In this document: in pieces, positions 9,255-19,536 of the stretch
How positions within the stretch are numbered: the stretch's first letter is position 1
Layout: each line of letters begins with the position of its first letter
Origin: Pseudomonadota bacterium
GTDB taxonomy: Bacteria > Pseudomonadota > Gammaproteobacteria > Pseudomonadales > UBA5862
Direction of reading: 5' to 3'
DNA: 64,000 bases
Assembly (NCBI GenBank): GCA_034189125.1
Contig: JAXHVB010000018.1
Location: forward strand, 775-64,774
Position numbers and translations under genes: made by a program
Notes under the pieces: model-generated
Databases searched by the model: none
Seen by the model: the letters and a program-made list of their open reading frames with translations, nothing else
Told to the model about the DNA's origin: nothing

Positions 9255-10085
9255 ATGGACACCATAGAGAAAGCACTGCAAAAGTTTGATCAAGCCCCCG
9301 GTGTGCCAGGTGCGGACCGAAACAGCCCGCCGCCGGATGGTGCAACCGCGCTGTCCTCGCGTTCAAGGGCGGAGATCAATTTCGACCAGCTGAGGGCGGA
9401 GGGGCTGCTGGTTCCCGACGATACGCGCACCCAGCTCAAGGAAGAGTTCCGTCACATCAAGCGCCCATTGCTGAAAAAACTGGCTGCCAACAGCGCGAAT
9501 GGCCGAACCCAGCACCGCAACATTGTGATGGTGACCAGTGCCCGTCCAGGAGAAGGAAAAACCTACAATGCCATCAATCTGGCACTGAGTGTCGCAGAAG
9601 AGCGAAACCGCCGTGTTCTGCTGATCGACGCGGATGTGTTGAAGCCGTCTGTTGGCAGGAAGCTCGGGCTGGAGGAGACCCGTGGCTTGGTGGATTACCT
9701 CACCGGTGAAGCGCAAGGACTCAGGGATCTGTTGCTCAAGACCAACATTCCGCAGTTTACCGTTATGCAATCCGGCAAACGGCACCACCTGACCACGGAA
9801 CTTCTTGCCAGTGACCGCATGCGGCAGTTGATCGACGAACTCGCGCAGCGGTACTCCGACCGCGTGGTGGTGTTCGACTGCCCACCGCTGCTCAGCACCA
9901 CGGAGGCGAGCGTGCTGGTGCAGTTGGCTGGTCAGGTGGTGATGGTGGTGGCCGAAGGCGAAACGACCCACTCCGAGGTCAACAAGTCGCTCGCCCTGAT
10001 TGGTTCCAAGACCGATGTCGGGGTGGTGTTGAACAAAAGCCGGGTTGGGCACGACGGGTACGGCTATTACTACTATGGGTCCTGA
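9255..10085 (+). CDS. bacterial tyrosine (BY) autokinase, stand-alone cytoplasmic subunit (EpsG type)
   Basis: Walker A 'SARPGEGKT', Walker A' 'LLIDADV', Walker B 'VVVFDCPP', and a C-terminal tyrosine cluster 'GYGYYYYGS'. Confidence 0.85.
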   Translation: MDTIEKALQKFDQAPGVPGADRNSPPPDGATALSSRSRAEINFDQLRAEGLLVPDDTRTQLKEEFRHIKRPLLKKLAANSANGRTQHRNIVMVTSARPGEGKTYNAINLALSVAEERNRRVLLIDADVLKPSVGRKLGLEETRGLVDYLTGEAQGLRDLLLKTNIPQFTVMQSGKRHHLTTELLASDRMRQLIDELAQRYSDRVVVFDCPPLLSTTEASVLVQLAGQVVMVVAEGETTHSEVNKSLALIGSKTDVGVVLNKSRVGHDGYGYYYYGS

Positions 10086-11694
10086 GTCCCGGGAGCAGAC
10101 GCCCGGTTTCTATCTTCGCTGCCTTTGTGTTTGGTTGTTTGGGGTCGTCCTGAGCGGCGGCGTGAACGCTGCGGACTGGGAGCGTCAGGCCCGACTCAAC
10201 CTGCAGGCGATCTACACCGACAACATCGAACGGTCGGCGACCGGGGAAACCGGCGAATTGGTTGGCGTTGTTCGACCGGGTCTTAGCGCATCAGCCAACG
10301 GCGCTCGATTGCGCTTTGGGGCGGACTACGCGCTGACCCATTCCTTTCACGCCGACGACAGCGACCGGGACCGCACCTACCACCAGTTGGATGGCTTCGC
10401 AGAGCTCGAATTGGTGGAAGACCACCTGTTTTTTGATCTCGATGCGGCTGCGTCTCAGCAGCTCATCGACGCCCAGGCCGCTGCTGGAGTCGACCTGGTT
10501 GCAGGCAACACGGGCAACATCGCCACTGCCTGGCGACTGAGTGGTGGCCCCCGGTGGCGCCAACGCCTGGGCGGTTACGGCCTCGCCCAGGCCGCCTACA
10601 CCTACAGCGTTGTGGACTATTCGGACGGCCTCAATGGCAGTACCGGCGGGGTGTTCACTGCATCACTCGACAGCGGTGCGCGCACCTACCCGGTTTTCTG
10701 GAACCTGAGCTACCTCAATGAGTCGTTGGACTACGAACAAGGCGCCGACCGTGACCGCAGCCGCGAGCACGGTGAGGTGACGCTGGGCACGCGGGTCACG
10801 GCCTCGACCTATGTGTCTGGCACCTATGGATTCGACCGCCGCGACCTGCTGGATACCAATGGCCGCTCGGCGCCCGACAATGACTTCTGGCGCCTGACTG
10901 CTGGCTGGAACCCCAGTTCGAAAACCGACCTCTCGGTGTACCACCAAGAGCGGGATTTCAAGAGCGCTGCCATTGCAGCGGATGCCGAATCGAGTTTCTG
11001 GGGTGCCAACGCACGCTGGTCACCCAACCCGCGGTGGTCCTTGAACGCCGGATATGGCAATGACTTTTACGGCGACACCTACAACCTTGGCATCTTCCAT
11101 CGATTGCGGCGGGTGAGCTGGTCCCTTGAGCACACGGAGGAACTCACCAACGCCCGGGCTGTGCTGTTGGACGACGCCTTGATCGGTTTTCTGATCTGTC
11201 CGATCGGCGCTTTGGATTTGACCAGTTGCCGGTTTCCTGCTCCGGGCGAGGTTCCGGCACCTGGCAGCGGGGAAGAGTTGGTTGGCATTGTCGGCACTGT
11301 GCCGAGTTTGGTCGAGGACGACTTCGTGCAGCGCAGCACCAGGTTCAGCTGGGCCTACCGGCGCGCAAAATCGACCTGGACCCTGGGGCTGTTCCAAATC
11401 GATCGAGAGGCCTTTGCAGCGGATGACCTCGGGCGCGACCGTGGTGCCTCGCTCGGGTGGTGGTGGCGGGTCGGTCAGCGGTCTACACTCGAATTGGGCG
11501 CCAACCACGTCAAAAAGCAATTCCCGGTCTCGCCGACACTGGAGGAGCGCCGATACCGCATGGGTTGGCGCCGCACCTCGGGGCGCGGGGTCGACTGGTC
11601 CCTGTTGGGGGAGCGCATTGAGGGTGAGCGTGTGGGCGGTGCCGAATTCACCGAACACCGCGTCACCGCTTCAGTAACCGTACGAACTCGGTGA
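10075..11694 (+). CDS. PEP-CTERM-system-associated outer-membrane beta-barrel protein (EpsL-like)
   Basis: The ATG at 10075 gives a signal-like N-terminus (CLCVWLFGVVLSGGVNAADW). The rest is rich in alternating aromatic/polar beta-strand patterns. Its position between the kinase and the ATPase matches the canonical XrtA locus order. The family assignment is from memory. Confidence 0.6.
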   Translation: MGPESREQTPGFYLRCLCVWLFGVVLSGGVNAADWERQARLNLQAIYTDNIERSATGETGELVGVVRPGLSASANGARLRFGADYALTHSFHADDSDRDRTYHQLDGFAELELVEDHLFFDLDAAASQQLIDAQAAAGVDLVAGNTGNIATAWRLSGGPRWRQRLGGYGLAQAAYTYSVVDYSDGLNGSTGGVFTASLDSGARTYPVFWNLSYLNESLDYEQGADRDRSREHGEVTLGTRVTASTYVSGTYGFDRRDLLDTNGRSAPDNDFWRLTAGWNPSSKTDLSVYHQERDFKSAAIAADAESSFWGANARWSPNPRWSLNAGYGNDFYGDTYNLGIFHRLRRVSWSLEHTEELTNARAVLLDDALIGFLICPIGALDLTSCRFPAPGEVPAPGSGEELVGIVGTVPSLVEDDFVQRSTRFSWAYRRAKSTWTLGLFQIDREAFAADDLGRDRGASLGWWWRVGQRSTLELGANHVKKQFPVSPTLEERRYRMGWRRTSGRGVDWSLLGERIEGERVGGAEFTEHRVTASVTVRTR

Positions 11695-11700
11695 CGGATC

Positions 11701-12750
11701 ATGTACGAATCTTTTTATCAGTACAGTGCCAAGCCGTTCCAGGTGAGCCCGGACCCGCGGTTTTTTTTCGCCAGCAAAGGCCACAAGCGCGCGATGTCCT
11801 ACCTGCGCTACGGCCTGAGTCAGGGCGAGGGCTTTGTGGTCATCACCGGAGGGGTGGGGACGGGTAAGACCACCCTGATCCGCAGCCTGTTCAGCGATCT
11901 GGACGCGGCTGATCTGCTTGCCGCGCAGTTGGTGAGCTCCAATTTGCAGGCGGACGACCTGTTGCAAATGATCTCTGCGGCCTTTGATCTACCTCGCGAA
12001 GGGCGCTCCAAGGGTGAATTGCTCAACCAGTTTGAGGCCTTTCTGCGCCAGGCGGACCGCGAGGGGAAGCGGGTGCTGCTGGTGGTCGACGAAGCGCAGA
12101 ACCTGCCGGCCAGTACGGTGGAAGAGCTCCGGATGCTGTCGAACTTTCAGGTTGAGAACCGGCCGCTGCTGCAGAGTTTTCTGCTCGGACAGGAAGAGTT
12201 TCGCGGGCTGGTGCAGTCTCCCCAAATGGAGCAACTGCGCCAGCGCATCATTGCGTCTTGTCACTTGCAACCCCTGGATCAGGTTGAAACCCGCGGCTAC
12301 ATCGAGCACCGACTGCAGCGGGTGGGCTGGGCGGGCACCAACCCAGCGATCAGCGACGATGCATTCGATGCCATTCACGCCATCAGCCAGGGTGTACCGC
12401 GGCGGATCAACACCTTTTGTGATCGGCTGCTGCTGTATGGTTTTCTGGAAGAACTTGAATGCCTTGATGCCGATGCCGTGGATGTGGTGCGCCGCGAGGT
12501 TTTGGCAGAGCAGCCCAGCGCGCCCAGGGCGGCGGCGTCGATCGCCGCTGCCGATGACGCCTGGGACGAGGGCGAAGAAGACCAGCAGGTCCCGACGCTG
12601 ACGGTGCCCCGGCACCAACGTGCGCCCGTCACCGAACTTGAAAAACGGGTCGCTGACCTTGAGTACGTCATTGAAGCGCTCGAGAAAAATTTCGAACGCA
12701 AAGTGAGCCTGCTGAAGAGCGTGGTTCAGTCATTAAAGAGCGGGCTGTAG
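11701..12750 (+). CDS. XrtA/PEP-CTERM system-associated AAA ATPase (ExeA/GspA-like)
   Basis: Walker A 'GGVGTGKT', Walker B 'LLVVDEAQNL', and an N-terminus 'MYESFYQYSAKPFQVSPDPRFFF' typical of ExeA-like ATPases. Confidence 0.8.
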   Translation: MYESFYQYSAKPFQVSPDPRFFFASKGHKRAMSYLRYGLSQGEGFVVITGGVGTGKTTLIRSLFSDLDAADLLAAQLVSSNLQADDLLQMISAAFDLPREGRSKGELLNQFEAFLRQADREGKRVLLVVDEAQNLPASTVEELRMLSNFQVENRPLLQSFLLGQEEFRGLVQSPQMEQLRQRIIASCHLQPLDQVETRGYIEHRLQRVGWAGTNPAISDDAFDAIHAISQGVPRRINTFCDRLLLYGFLEELECLDADAVDVVRREVLAEQPSAPRAAASIAAADDAWDEGEEDQQVPTLTVPRHQRAPVTELEKRVADLEYVIEALEKNFERKVSLLKSVVQSLKSGL

Positions 12751-12751
12751 G

Positions 12752-13885
12752 TTGGCCATGACTGCAGGCGGTGCGTTGATTTCTGTGGTAGGCGCTCGGC
12801 CCAATTTCATGAAGATTGCGCCCATTTGCGCCGCTTGGAGTGCTGCACAGACAGACCGTGCCCACCTGCTGGTGCACACGGGTCAACACTACGATGCCAG
12901 CATGAAAGTGCAGTTTTTCGAGCAGCTGGGCATCCCCGAGCCTGACATAGACTTGGGCGTTGGCTCCGGCACCCACGCCATGCAGACCAGTGCGATCATG
13001 CAGCGCTTCGAGCCGGTTCTGGACCAGCACCGGCCCGCTGCGGTGCTGGTGGTGGGGGACGTCAATTCCACCATTGCCTGCGCGCTCACGGCGGTGAAAA
13101 AGGACATTCCGGTCATACACGTTGAAGCGGGGCTGCGCAGCGGTGACCGCAGCATGCCCGAGGAAATCAACCGGGTACTGACCGACCAGGTTTCATCTCG
13201 GTTGTACACCACAGAGCGGGCTGCCCTGGACAATTTGACCCGCGAGGGGATTCGGCCGGACGCCGTCTGTTTCGTCGGCAATGTCATGATCGACACCCTG
13301 CTAACCCACAGCAAGCAGGCGCCCGGCATCGAGGCATTGACCTTGGGTACCGGCGTTCGGGCCGACTCTTCGAATGGCTATGGTCTGGTTACCCTGCACC
13401 GTCCGGCGAATGTGGACGATCCCCAGGTGCTGCGCCGTCTGATCGATGCTCTTTGCAAAGTTGCGCAGCGTCTACCCCTGCTGTTCCCTGTGCATCCGCG
13501 GACTGAGGCGCGCCTGCGTGCCCAGGGCCTTTGGGACCAGGCACAGGCGCACCTGGAGCTGCTGCCTCCACTCGGATACCTGCAAATGGTGGGGGCAATG
13601 CGCGACGCCCGGTTGGTCTTGACCGATTCGGGCGGCATCCAAGAGGAGACCACGGCCCTTGGGGTGCCCTGCCTGACCTTGCGCGACAACACCGAGCGCC
13701 CGATCACTGTGGATCAGGGCACCAACACCTTGGTGGGCCGCGACCCCGAACGCATTCTGGAGGCCGTTGCTCAGGCCCTGGCAGGGGCGGGCAAAGCCGG
13801 TCGTATTCCCGAACTTTGGGACGGCCGGGCCGCCCAGCGCATCCTGGACGATTTGCTTCCTTGGCTTGAGGTGCACGGGGCGTGA
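12752..13885 (+). CDS. wecB: UDP-N-acetylglucosamine 2-epimerase (non-hydrolysing)
   Basis: 'GARPNFMKIAP', 'HTGQHYD' and 'HVEAGLRS...MPEEINR' are hallmark WecB/MnaA motifs. The start is either TTG 12752 or ATG 12758. Confidence 0.9.
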   Translation: MAMTAGGALISVVGARPNFMKIAPICAAWSAAQTDRAHLLVHTGQHYDASMKVQFFEQLGIPEPDIDLGVGSGTHAMQTSAIMQRFEPVLDQHRPAAVLVVGDVNSTIACALTAVKKDIPVIHVEAGLRSGDRSMPEEINRVLTDQVSSRLYTTERAALDNLTREGIRPDAVCFVGNVMIDTLLTHSKQAPGIEALTLGTGVRADSSNGYGLVTLHRPANVDDPQVLRRLIDALCKVAQRLPLLFPVHPRTEARLRAQGLWDQAQAHLELLPPLGYLQMVGAMRDARLVLTDSGGIQEETTALGVPCLTLRDNTERPITVDQGTNTLVGRDPERILEAVAQALAGAGKAGRIPELWDGRAAQRILDDLLPWLEVHGA

Positions 13886-14781
13886 GCCAGCCGACGAACC
13901 AACTTGAACGCATTGCCCACGCCATGACGGTCGACGTCGAGGACTATTTTCAGGTCGCAGCGTTCGAGGGCATGTATCCAGTATCCAGTTGGGACACCAT
14001 CCCCACCCGGGTGGAAGTGAACACCCAGCGCATTTTGGACAACTTCGATCGAGCCGGGGTCCGAGCGACCTTCTTTTGCCTCGGCTGGGTCGCCGAGCGC
14101 TGCGCCGCGCTCATTCGTGAAATCGCCGAGCGCGGCCACGAAGTGGCGAACCATGGTTATGCGCACCAGCGGATCGGTACCCTGACGCAGGTTGAGTTCC
14201 GCGAAGACATCCGGCGGGCCAAGTCGCTGCTCGAGGACACCGCGGGTTGTGCGGTGAAAGGATACAGGGCGCCAAGTTATTCGATCACGCCTGAAACCCA
14301 CTGGGCCCATGAGGAGATCCGCGCTGCCGGACACCTTTACAGTTCCAGTGTCTATCCGGTGCGCCATGACCTCTACGGCATCCCCGATGCCCCGCGGGCG
14401 TCCTACGAGGCCTGCGCCGGTCTCACCGAGGTGCCCATCACCACCCTGCGGTGGGGGGGGAGAAACTGGCCAATTGGCGGTGGAGGGTATTTTCGCCTGC
14501 TGCCTTATCCACTGTACCGCAAGGCGCTGCAGCGATTCGAAGACACCGAGGGCCGCTCCGGGTTGTTCTATTTTCACCCCTGGGAAATCGATGTGGAGCA
14601 GCCCCGCACAGCCGGAGCGCCCTGGCGCAGCCGGTTTCGCCATTACCTGAACCTGGATCGCATGGAGTCCCGCTTACACGCCCTGCTCCGTGATTTTCGC
14701 TGGGACCGCATGGATGAACTGTTTGTACCTGCCGATCCCCCTGGTCCGCAGCATCCGGCGCTGCAGGGAGTGTCGGCCTAA
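13882..14781 (+). CDS. XrtA-system polysaccharide deacetylase (NodB/CE4-like)
   Basis: 'MTVDVEDYFQV', 'ATFFCLGWVAE' and 'HEVANHGYAH' are present. The GTG start overlaps the wecB stop (GTGA). Confidence 0.85.
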   Translation: MSQPTNQLERIAHAMTVDVEDYFQVAAFEGMYPVSSWDTIPTRVEVNTQRILDNFDRAGVRATFFCLGWVAERCAALIREIAERGHEVANHGYAHQRIGTLTQVEFREDIRRAKSLLEDTAGCAVKGYRAPSYSITPETHWAHEEIRAAGHLYSSSVYPVRHDLYGIPDAPRASYEACAGLTEVPITTLRWGGRNWPIGGGGYFRLLPYPLYRKALQRFEDTEGRSGLFYFHPWEIDVEQPRTAGAPWRSRFRHYLNLDRMESRLHALLRDFRWDRMDELFVPADPPGPQHPALQGVSA

Positions 14782-15867
14782 ATGGCAGTAGAGCCGGTCC
14801 AAGTGGGTGCGGAGAGCTCGCCTGTCGGTGAACCGATGCCGCTGCGCGTTGAGGCTTTACCGACTGACGGGAATGCGGCATGGAACCGGTTTGTGCAGGA
14901 GCAGGCCGGGGCCACCTTCTTTCACCGGGCTGAGTGGCGCCAGGTCTTGGAGCAGGCCTTTGGCCACCAGGGCCATTACCTGCAATGCCTTCGCGGCGAT
15001 GTGGTGGTGGGGGTGTTGCCCCTGGTCGAAGTCAAGAGCTTGCTGTTTGGGCACTCTCTTATTTCCACACCCTTCTGTGTCTACGGGGGCGCCCTGGGGG
15101 CCGATCCGCAGGTGCAGGACAGGCTGGTTGATGCGGCGGCCGACTTGGCAGAGCAGTTGGGGGTCGACTACCTGGAGCTGCGCAACCTGCAGCGGCAGCG
15201 ACCCGACTGGCCGTGCAAGGACTCGATGTATGTCACCTTTCGTCGGGCGATTGTCGATGACGATGACGCCAACCTGAAGGCGATCCCGCGCAAGCAGCGC
15301 GCGATGGTGCGCAAGGCCCAGCAGACGGGCTTGACGTTCGAGATAGATGCACAATTGGATCGTTTCTACACAGCATACAGCACCAGCGTGCGCAACCTCG
15401 GGACACCGGTGTTCTCGCGCAAGTACTTTTCCACCCTGCAGCAGGTTTTCGGTGAGGACTGTGAGGTTTTGACCGTTTCCCATGAGGGCCAGTTGGTGGC
15501 GAGTGTGCTCAGCTTTTACTTTCGTGACCAGGTCTTGCCCTACTATGGAGGTGGTACCGACCTTGCGCGGGCACTGAAGGGCAATGACTTCATGTACTGG
15601 TCCCTGATGTGTCACGCACAACGCCGGGGGGCGCGTTGGTTTGATTATGGCCGCAGCAAAGTCGATACCGGGCCTTACAGTTTCAAGAAGAACTGGGGTT
15701 TTTCGCCGGAGCCGCTGTACCACGAATACCACCTGGTCAAGGCCAAGGCAGTGCCCGAGGTCAACCCACTCAACCCCAAGTACCGGTTGATGGTTGAGAC
15801 CTGGAAGCGCTTGCCGTTGGGGGTCAGCCAGTGGCTTGGTCCCTGGATCTCGCGGTCCTTGGGTTAG
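14782..15867 (+). CDS. FemAB-family protein, XrtA/PEP-CTERM system-associated
   Basis: 361 aa with a GNAT-like FemAB architecture ('FFHRAEWRQVLEQAFGH', 'KQRAMVRKAQ', 'SFKKNWGF'). The position after the deacetylase is canonical for XrtA loci. Confidence 0.8.
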   Translation: MAVEPVQVGAESSPVGEPMPLRVEALPTDGNAAWNRFVQEQAGATFFHRAEWRQVLEQAFGHQGHYLQCLRGDVVVGVLPLVEVKSLLFGHSLISTPFCVYGGALGADPQVQDRLVDAAADLAEQLGVDYLELRNLQRQRPDWPCKDSMYVTFRRAIVDDDDANLKAIPRKQRAMVRKAQQTGLTFEIDAQLDRFYTAYSTSVRNLGTPVFSRKYFSTLQQVFGEDCEVLTVSHEGQLVASVLSFYFRDQVLPYYGGGTDLARALKGNDFMYWSLMCHAQRRGARWFDYGRSKVDTGPYSFKKNWGFSPEPLYHEYHLVKAKAVPEVNPLNPKYRLMVETWKRLPLGVSQWLGPWISRSLG

Positions 15868-15876
15868 GAAGCCTGC

Positions 15877-17088
15877 GTGGATGCTCCGCCCATTCTGTTT
15901 CTTGCCCACCGCATTCCCTACCCCCCCAACAAGGGGGACAAGGTGCGCTCCCACCATTTTTTGCGGCATCTCAGTGCGCGCCATCGGGTGTTCCTCGGAA
16001 CCTTTGTCGATGACCCTGAGGATTGGGCACACGAGCCGGAGCTAGCCCGCTGGTCGACTGAGCGCTGCGTGTTGCCACTCAATCCACTCAGTGCTCGGTT
16101 GCGTTCGGTGATGGGGTTGATCAGCGGTGCTCCACTGACCAACCCCTACTATGCGAGCCGTACCCTTCGCGGCTGGGTTGAGGATGTGATCGAGCGCGAG
16201 CGCATTCAGACGGCTTTCGTGTTCTCGTCGTCCATGGCGCAGTACGTGATGGGCGCGACGCGGCTGTCCCGCAGGGTGGTGGACTTTGTGGACCTGGACT
16301 CCGACAAGTGGCGCCAGTATGCCGAACGCCAGCGCCCCCCGATGCGGTGGGTGTATCAGCGCGAACATCGCCGACTCGCACAGTGGGAACGGCAGGTGGC
16401 GGCGGAGTGTCGCATCTCGACCTTTGTTTCCGCTGCGGAAGCTGCGTTGTTTTGCGCCGGAGCGCCAGATCCGGGAGCGGTGCATCCCTTAGGCAATGGT
16501 GTGGATTTGGAGTATTTCGACCCCTCGACCGAGTTTCGCTCCCCCTATGCGACCACAGCACCGGTGCTGGTGTTCACCGGTGCCATGGACTACTGGCCGA
16601 ACGTCGATGCCGTGGTGTGGTTTTGCGAACAGGTGATGCCGCTGCTGCGTGCTAGACAACCAGGGCTCGAATTTTGGATTGTTGGGGCCAATCCCACCGC
16701 CGCGGTCGAGGAACTGGCCGACCGGCCGGGGGTGCGGGTCACAGGCCGGGTGGAAGACGTGCGTCCATACCTGCGCCATGCGGACCTCGCTGTCGCTCCA
16801 CTGCGCATCGCCCGGGGCATCCAAAACAAGGTGCTGGAGGCCATGGCCATGGGCACCCCGCTGGTAGCAAGTCGTGCCGCGTTCGAGGGCATGCAGTTGC
16901 AGCCGTGGATGGCACCCATGTGCGCCGCCACCGAACCCCAGGAATATGCCGAGCGTGTAGTGGCCCTGTTGGGATCGGACGCGCGCGGCGCCCTGGTCAC
17001 TGAGGGGCGGCGATGGGTGGGTGAACACCACAGCTGGCAGCGCAACTGTTCTGCCTTGGAAGCTTTGCTGATGGATGTCGAGGCATGA
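15877..17088 (+). CDS. PEP-CTERM/XrtA-associated glycosyltransferase (GT4-like, 'stp1' type)
   Basis: The N-terminus 'ILFLAHRIPYPPNKGDKVR' is characteristic of the stp1 family as I recall it. A C-terminal GT-B motif 'RGIQNKVLEAMAMGTPLV' is present. GTG start. Confidence 0.8.
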   Translation: MDAPPILFLAHRIPYPPNKGDKVRSHHFLRHLSARHRVFLGTFVDDPEDWAHEPELARWSTERCVLPLNPLSARLRSVMGLISGAPLTNPYYASRTLRGWVEDVIERERIQTAFVFSSSMAQYVMGATRLSRRVVDFVDLDSDKWRQYAERQRPPMRWVYQREHRRLAQWERQVAAECRISTFVSAAEAALFCAGAPDPGAVHPLGNGVDLEYFDPSTEFRSPYATTAPVLVFTGAMDYWPNVDAVVWFCEQVMPLLRARQPGLEFWIVGANPTAAVEELADRPGVRVTGRVEDVRPYLRHADLAVAPLRIARGIQNKVLEAMAMGTPLVASRAAFEGMQLQPWMAPMCAATEPQEYAERVVALLGSDARGALVTEGRRWVGEHHSWQRNCSALEALLMDVEA

Positions 17089-18617
17089 GGCAGGTTCCTA
17101 CGCAGAATGTGCCGTTGGCTTGGCCACGTGCCATTGGTGTGCTCATCGGGTTGGTTGGCCTGGTGGTTCTTGGCATGGCCGGTAGCTTCGTGGCGATGGT
17201 GGAGATCTGGTGGCGTTCTGAGACCTTCGCCCACGGGTTCCTGATTGCGCCCATTGCGCTGTATCTGGTGTACCGCAAACGCGATGCGCTGCAACGCCTT
17301 GCGCCGAGACCCACTTTTTGGGCAGTGCCCTTGCTGTTCGGTTGTGGGGCGGTGTGGTCGCTCGCGCGCCTGGTGGACGTGGCGGTGATCGAGCAGGCCG
17401 CGGCCGTGGCCATGTTGCCTCTGGTGGTCTGGGCCGTTCTGGGAACGGCAGTGGTGCGTGTCCTCCTGTTCCCTCTGGCGTACCTGTTTTTCATGGTGCC
17501 GGTGGGCGAAGGTTTGATTCCGCCGCTCATGGACTTCACTGCCCGCTTTACCGTCGGTGCAATCCGCTTGGTGGGCATCCCGGTTTTCGTCGAAGGCACC
17601 TTTTTCAGCATTCCCAGCGGCAACTGGTCGGTGGTCGAGGGGTGCAGTGGGGTGCGCTATTTGATCGCTTCGGTGGCTCTGGGTGCGCTCTACACCTACC
17701 TGAGCTTCAAATCGTGGGTCCGGCGTTTGTGTTTTATGGGCTTGTTCATTGTGGTGCCCATCATCGCCAATGGCATGCGCGCTTTCATGATCGTCATGAT
17801 CGCCCACTTCAGTGACATGAAGCTGGCCCTGGGCGTCGATCATTTCATTTATGGCTGGGTGTTTTTCGGTCTGGTGATGTTTCTGCTGTTTACGCTTGGG
17901 CTTTTTTTTCAAGAGGCCGATGCCGAGACCAGCAGTGGCGCCGAGGCGAAGTCTGGAGCGGCCACACCAAACCGCAGACCTTCCGGCAGGCTCGCACTGA
18001 TCACACCTTGGGCCGCCGGGGCTGTGGTGGCACTTTGGCCTGGCTTGATGTGGATTCAGTCCGGCCCGGACAACGAGGTGGGGGATTGGCAGCTGGCATT
18101 GCCGGAGCAGTTCTCGGGCTACCGCCGCGCGAGATCCAGCTTTACCACCTGGGTGCCGGCGTACCAGAACCCTGACCAGGAGCGCCACTTCTGGTTCCGA
18201 CGGGGCGACGACTGGATTGGGGTCTACCTGGCACGGTACGCCAGCCAGCGTCAGAACGCCGAGTTGATCAATTCTCAGAACCAGTGGGTCCCGCAAAAAC
18301 ACCCGGAGTGGCAGCAGGTGGCGCGAAGCGCCCACATGCCTGCTTCCGTGGTCGCCCTAAAATCGGTGTCACAGGGTGTGTTGCGCTCCCCCAGTCAGCG
18401 CTTGTTGGTGTGGTCCTGGGACAGTTTTGGGGCTTGGCACGGCGCCAGCCCCTACGTGGGAAAGCTGATGAACGCATACCAGCAATTGCGCCACGGCAAT
18501 GACGAGGGCATCGGCATTCTGGTGTACACCCCAATCGAAGGGGATGAGGGCGCTGCCCGCGAGCGTTTGGCGGGCGCAGCCAATGTGCTGGTCCAGGCCT
18601 TGGAACCGCTCGATTGA
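17085..18617 (+). CDS. xrtA: exosortase A (XrtA) fused to an EpsI-family domain
   Basis: Polytopic N-terminal ~290 aa carrying the exosortase signatures '[11 protein letters not shown]' (Cys187, codon 17643-17645), 'IIANGMRAF' (Arg232) and 'VDHFIYGW' (His253). The C-terminal ~210 aa (about 17982-18614) is an EpsI-like periplasmic domain. The start overlaps the previous stop (ATGA). Confidence 0.9.
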   Translation: MRQVPTQNVPLAWPRAIGVLIGLVGLVVLGMAGSFVAMVEIWWRSETFAHGFLIAPIALYLVYRKRDALQRLAPRPTFWAVPLLFGCGAVWSLARLVDVAVIEQAAAVAMLPLVVWAVLGTAVVRVLLFPLAYLFFMVPVGEGLIPPLMDFTARFTVGAIRLVGIPVFVEGTFFSIPSGNWSVVEGCSGVRYLIASVALGALYTYLSFKSWVRRLCFMGLFIVVPIIANGMRAFMIVMIAHFSDMKLALGVDHFIYGWVFFGLVMFLLFTLGLFFQEADAETSSGAEAKSGAATPNRRPSGRLALITPWAAGAVVALWPGLMWIQSGPDNEVGDWQLALPEQFSGYRRARSSFTTWVPAYQNPDQERHFWFRRGDDWIGVYLARYASQRQNAELINSQNQWVPQKHPEWQQVARSAHMPASVVALKSVSQGVLRSPSQRLLVWSWDSFGAWHGASPYVGKLMNAYQQLRHGNDEGIGILVYTPIEGDEGAARERLAGAANVLVQALEPLD

Positions 18618-18651
18618 ACCTGGCAAACCAAGCATTCATAAGGAGCCTGGT

Positions 18652-19536
18652 ATGACGCGCAAAGGAATCATTCTGGCGGGTGGGTCGGGCACTCGCCTGC
18701 ACCCGCTGACGGTAACGGTCAGCAAACAACTGATGCCGGTGTACGACAAGCCGATGATCTACTACCCGTTGGCGGCGCTGATGCTGGCGGGGATCCGTGA
18801 CGTGCTGATCATCACCACCCCCAAGGACCAGGCGGCGTTTCAGCAGCTGCTGGGCGACGGCAGCCACTGGGGCATTGCACTGTCCTACGCGGTGCAACCG
18901 AACCCCGACGGCCTGGCCCAAGCTTTTTTGATTGGCGAAGCTTTTTTGGCGGGAGATCCCGCCTGCTTGATCCTTGGAGACAACATCTTCTATGGCGAGG
19001 GCCTGTCCAAAAAACTGCAGCGCGCGGCTGAGAGAGGTCCGGGCGCGACCGTGTTTGGGTACTATGTGCAGGATCCGGAGCGCTACGGCGTGGTCAGCTT
19101 CGATGGGGCGGGTCGTGCGGTGTCCCTGGAGGAGAAACCCGCAGTGGCGAAATCGAACTACGCGGTCACGGGGTTGTACTTTTATGACGCGGATGTGGTC
19201 GAGATCGCCAAGGGCATTCGGCCTTCGCCGCGGGGTGAACTGGAAATCACCGATGTGAACCTGGAGTACCTGGCGCGCGATCAGCTCACCGTCGAGGTGC
19301 TGAGCCGCGGTACCGCCTGGCTTGATACCGGGACGCACAACTCGCTGCTTGACGCGGCGAACTTCATTCGGGTGGTTGAGGAGCGGCAAGGGCTGAAAAT
19401 CGCCTGTCCAGAAGAGGTGGCGTACCGGATGGGATACATCAATGGCGATGCCCTCTTGGCCTTGGCTGAGCCCCTGCGTAAGAGCGGCTACGGGGAATAC
19501 CTGGTCAAGCTGCTCAACCAGGAGGTCCGCCAATGA
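18652..19536 (+). CDS. rmlA: glucose-1-phosphate thymidylyltransferase
   Basis: '[20 protein letters not shown]' at the internal ATG 18652, preceded by an AAGGAG RBS. The longer ORF starting at 18499 is an artefact. Confidence 0.95.
   Translation: MTRKGIILAGGSGTRLHPLTVTVSKQLMPVYDKPMIYYPLAALMLAGIRDVLIITTPKDQAAFQQLLGDGSHWGIALSYAVQPNPDGLAQAFLIGEAFLAGDPACLILGDNIFYGEGLSKKLQRAAERGPGATVFGYYVQDPERYGVVSFDGAGRAVSLEEKPAVAKSNYAVTGLYFYDADVVEIAKGIRPSPRGELEITDVNLEYLARDQLTVEVLSRGTAWLDTGTHNSLLDAANFIRVVEERQGLKIACPEEVAYRMGYINGDALLALAEPLRKSGYGEYLVKLLNQEVRQ

Noticed and set aside
16590-18335. 581-aa ORF antisense to the stp1 GT and xrtA genes
   Set aside because: Same shadow-ORF reasoning. Its composition is His/Arg/Gln/Pro-rich with no helices or motifs, while the plus-strand genes carry exosortase and GT motifs.
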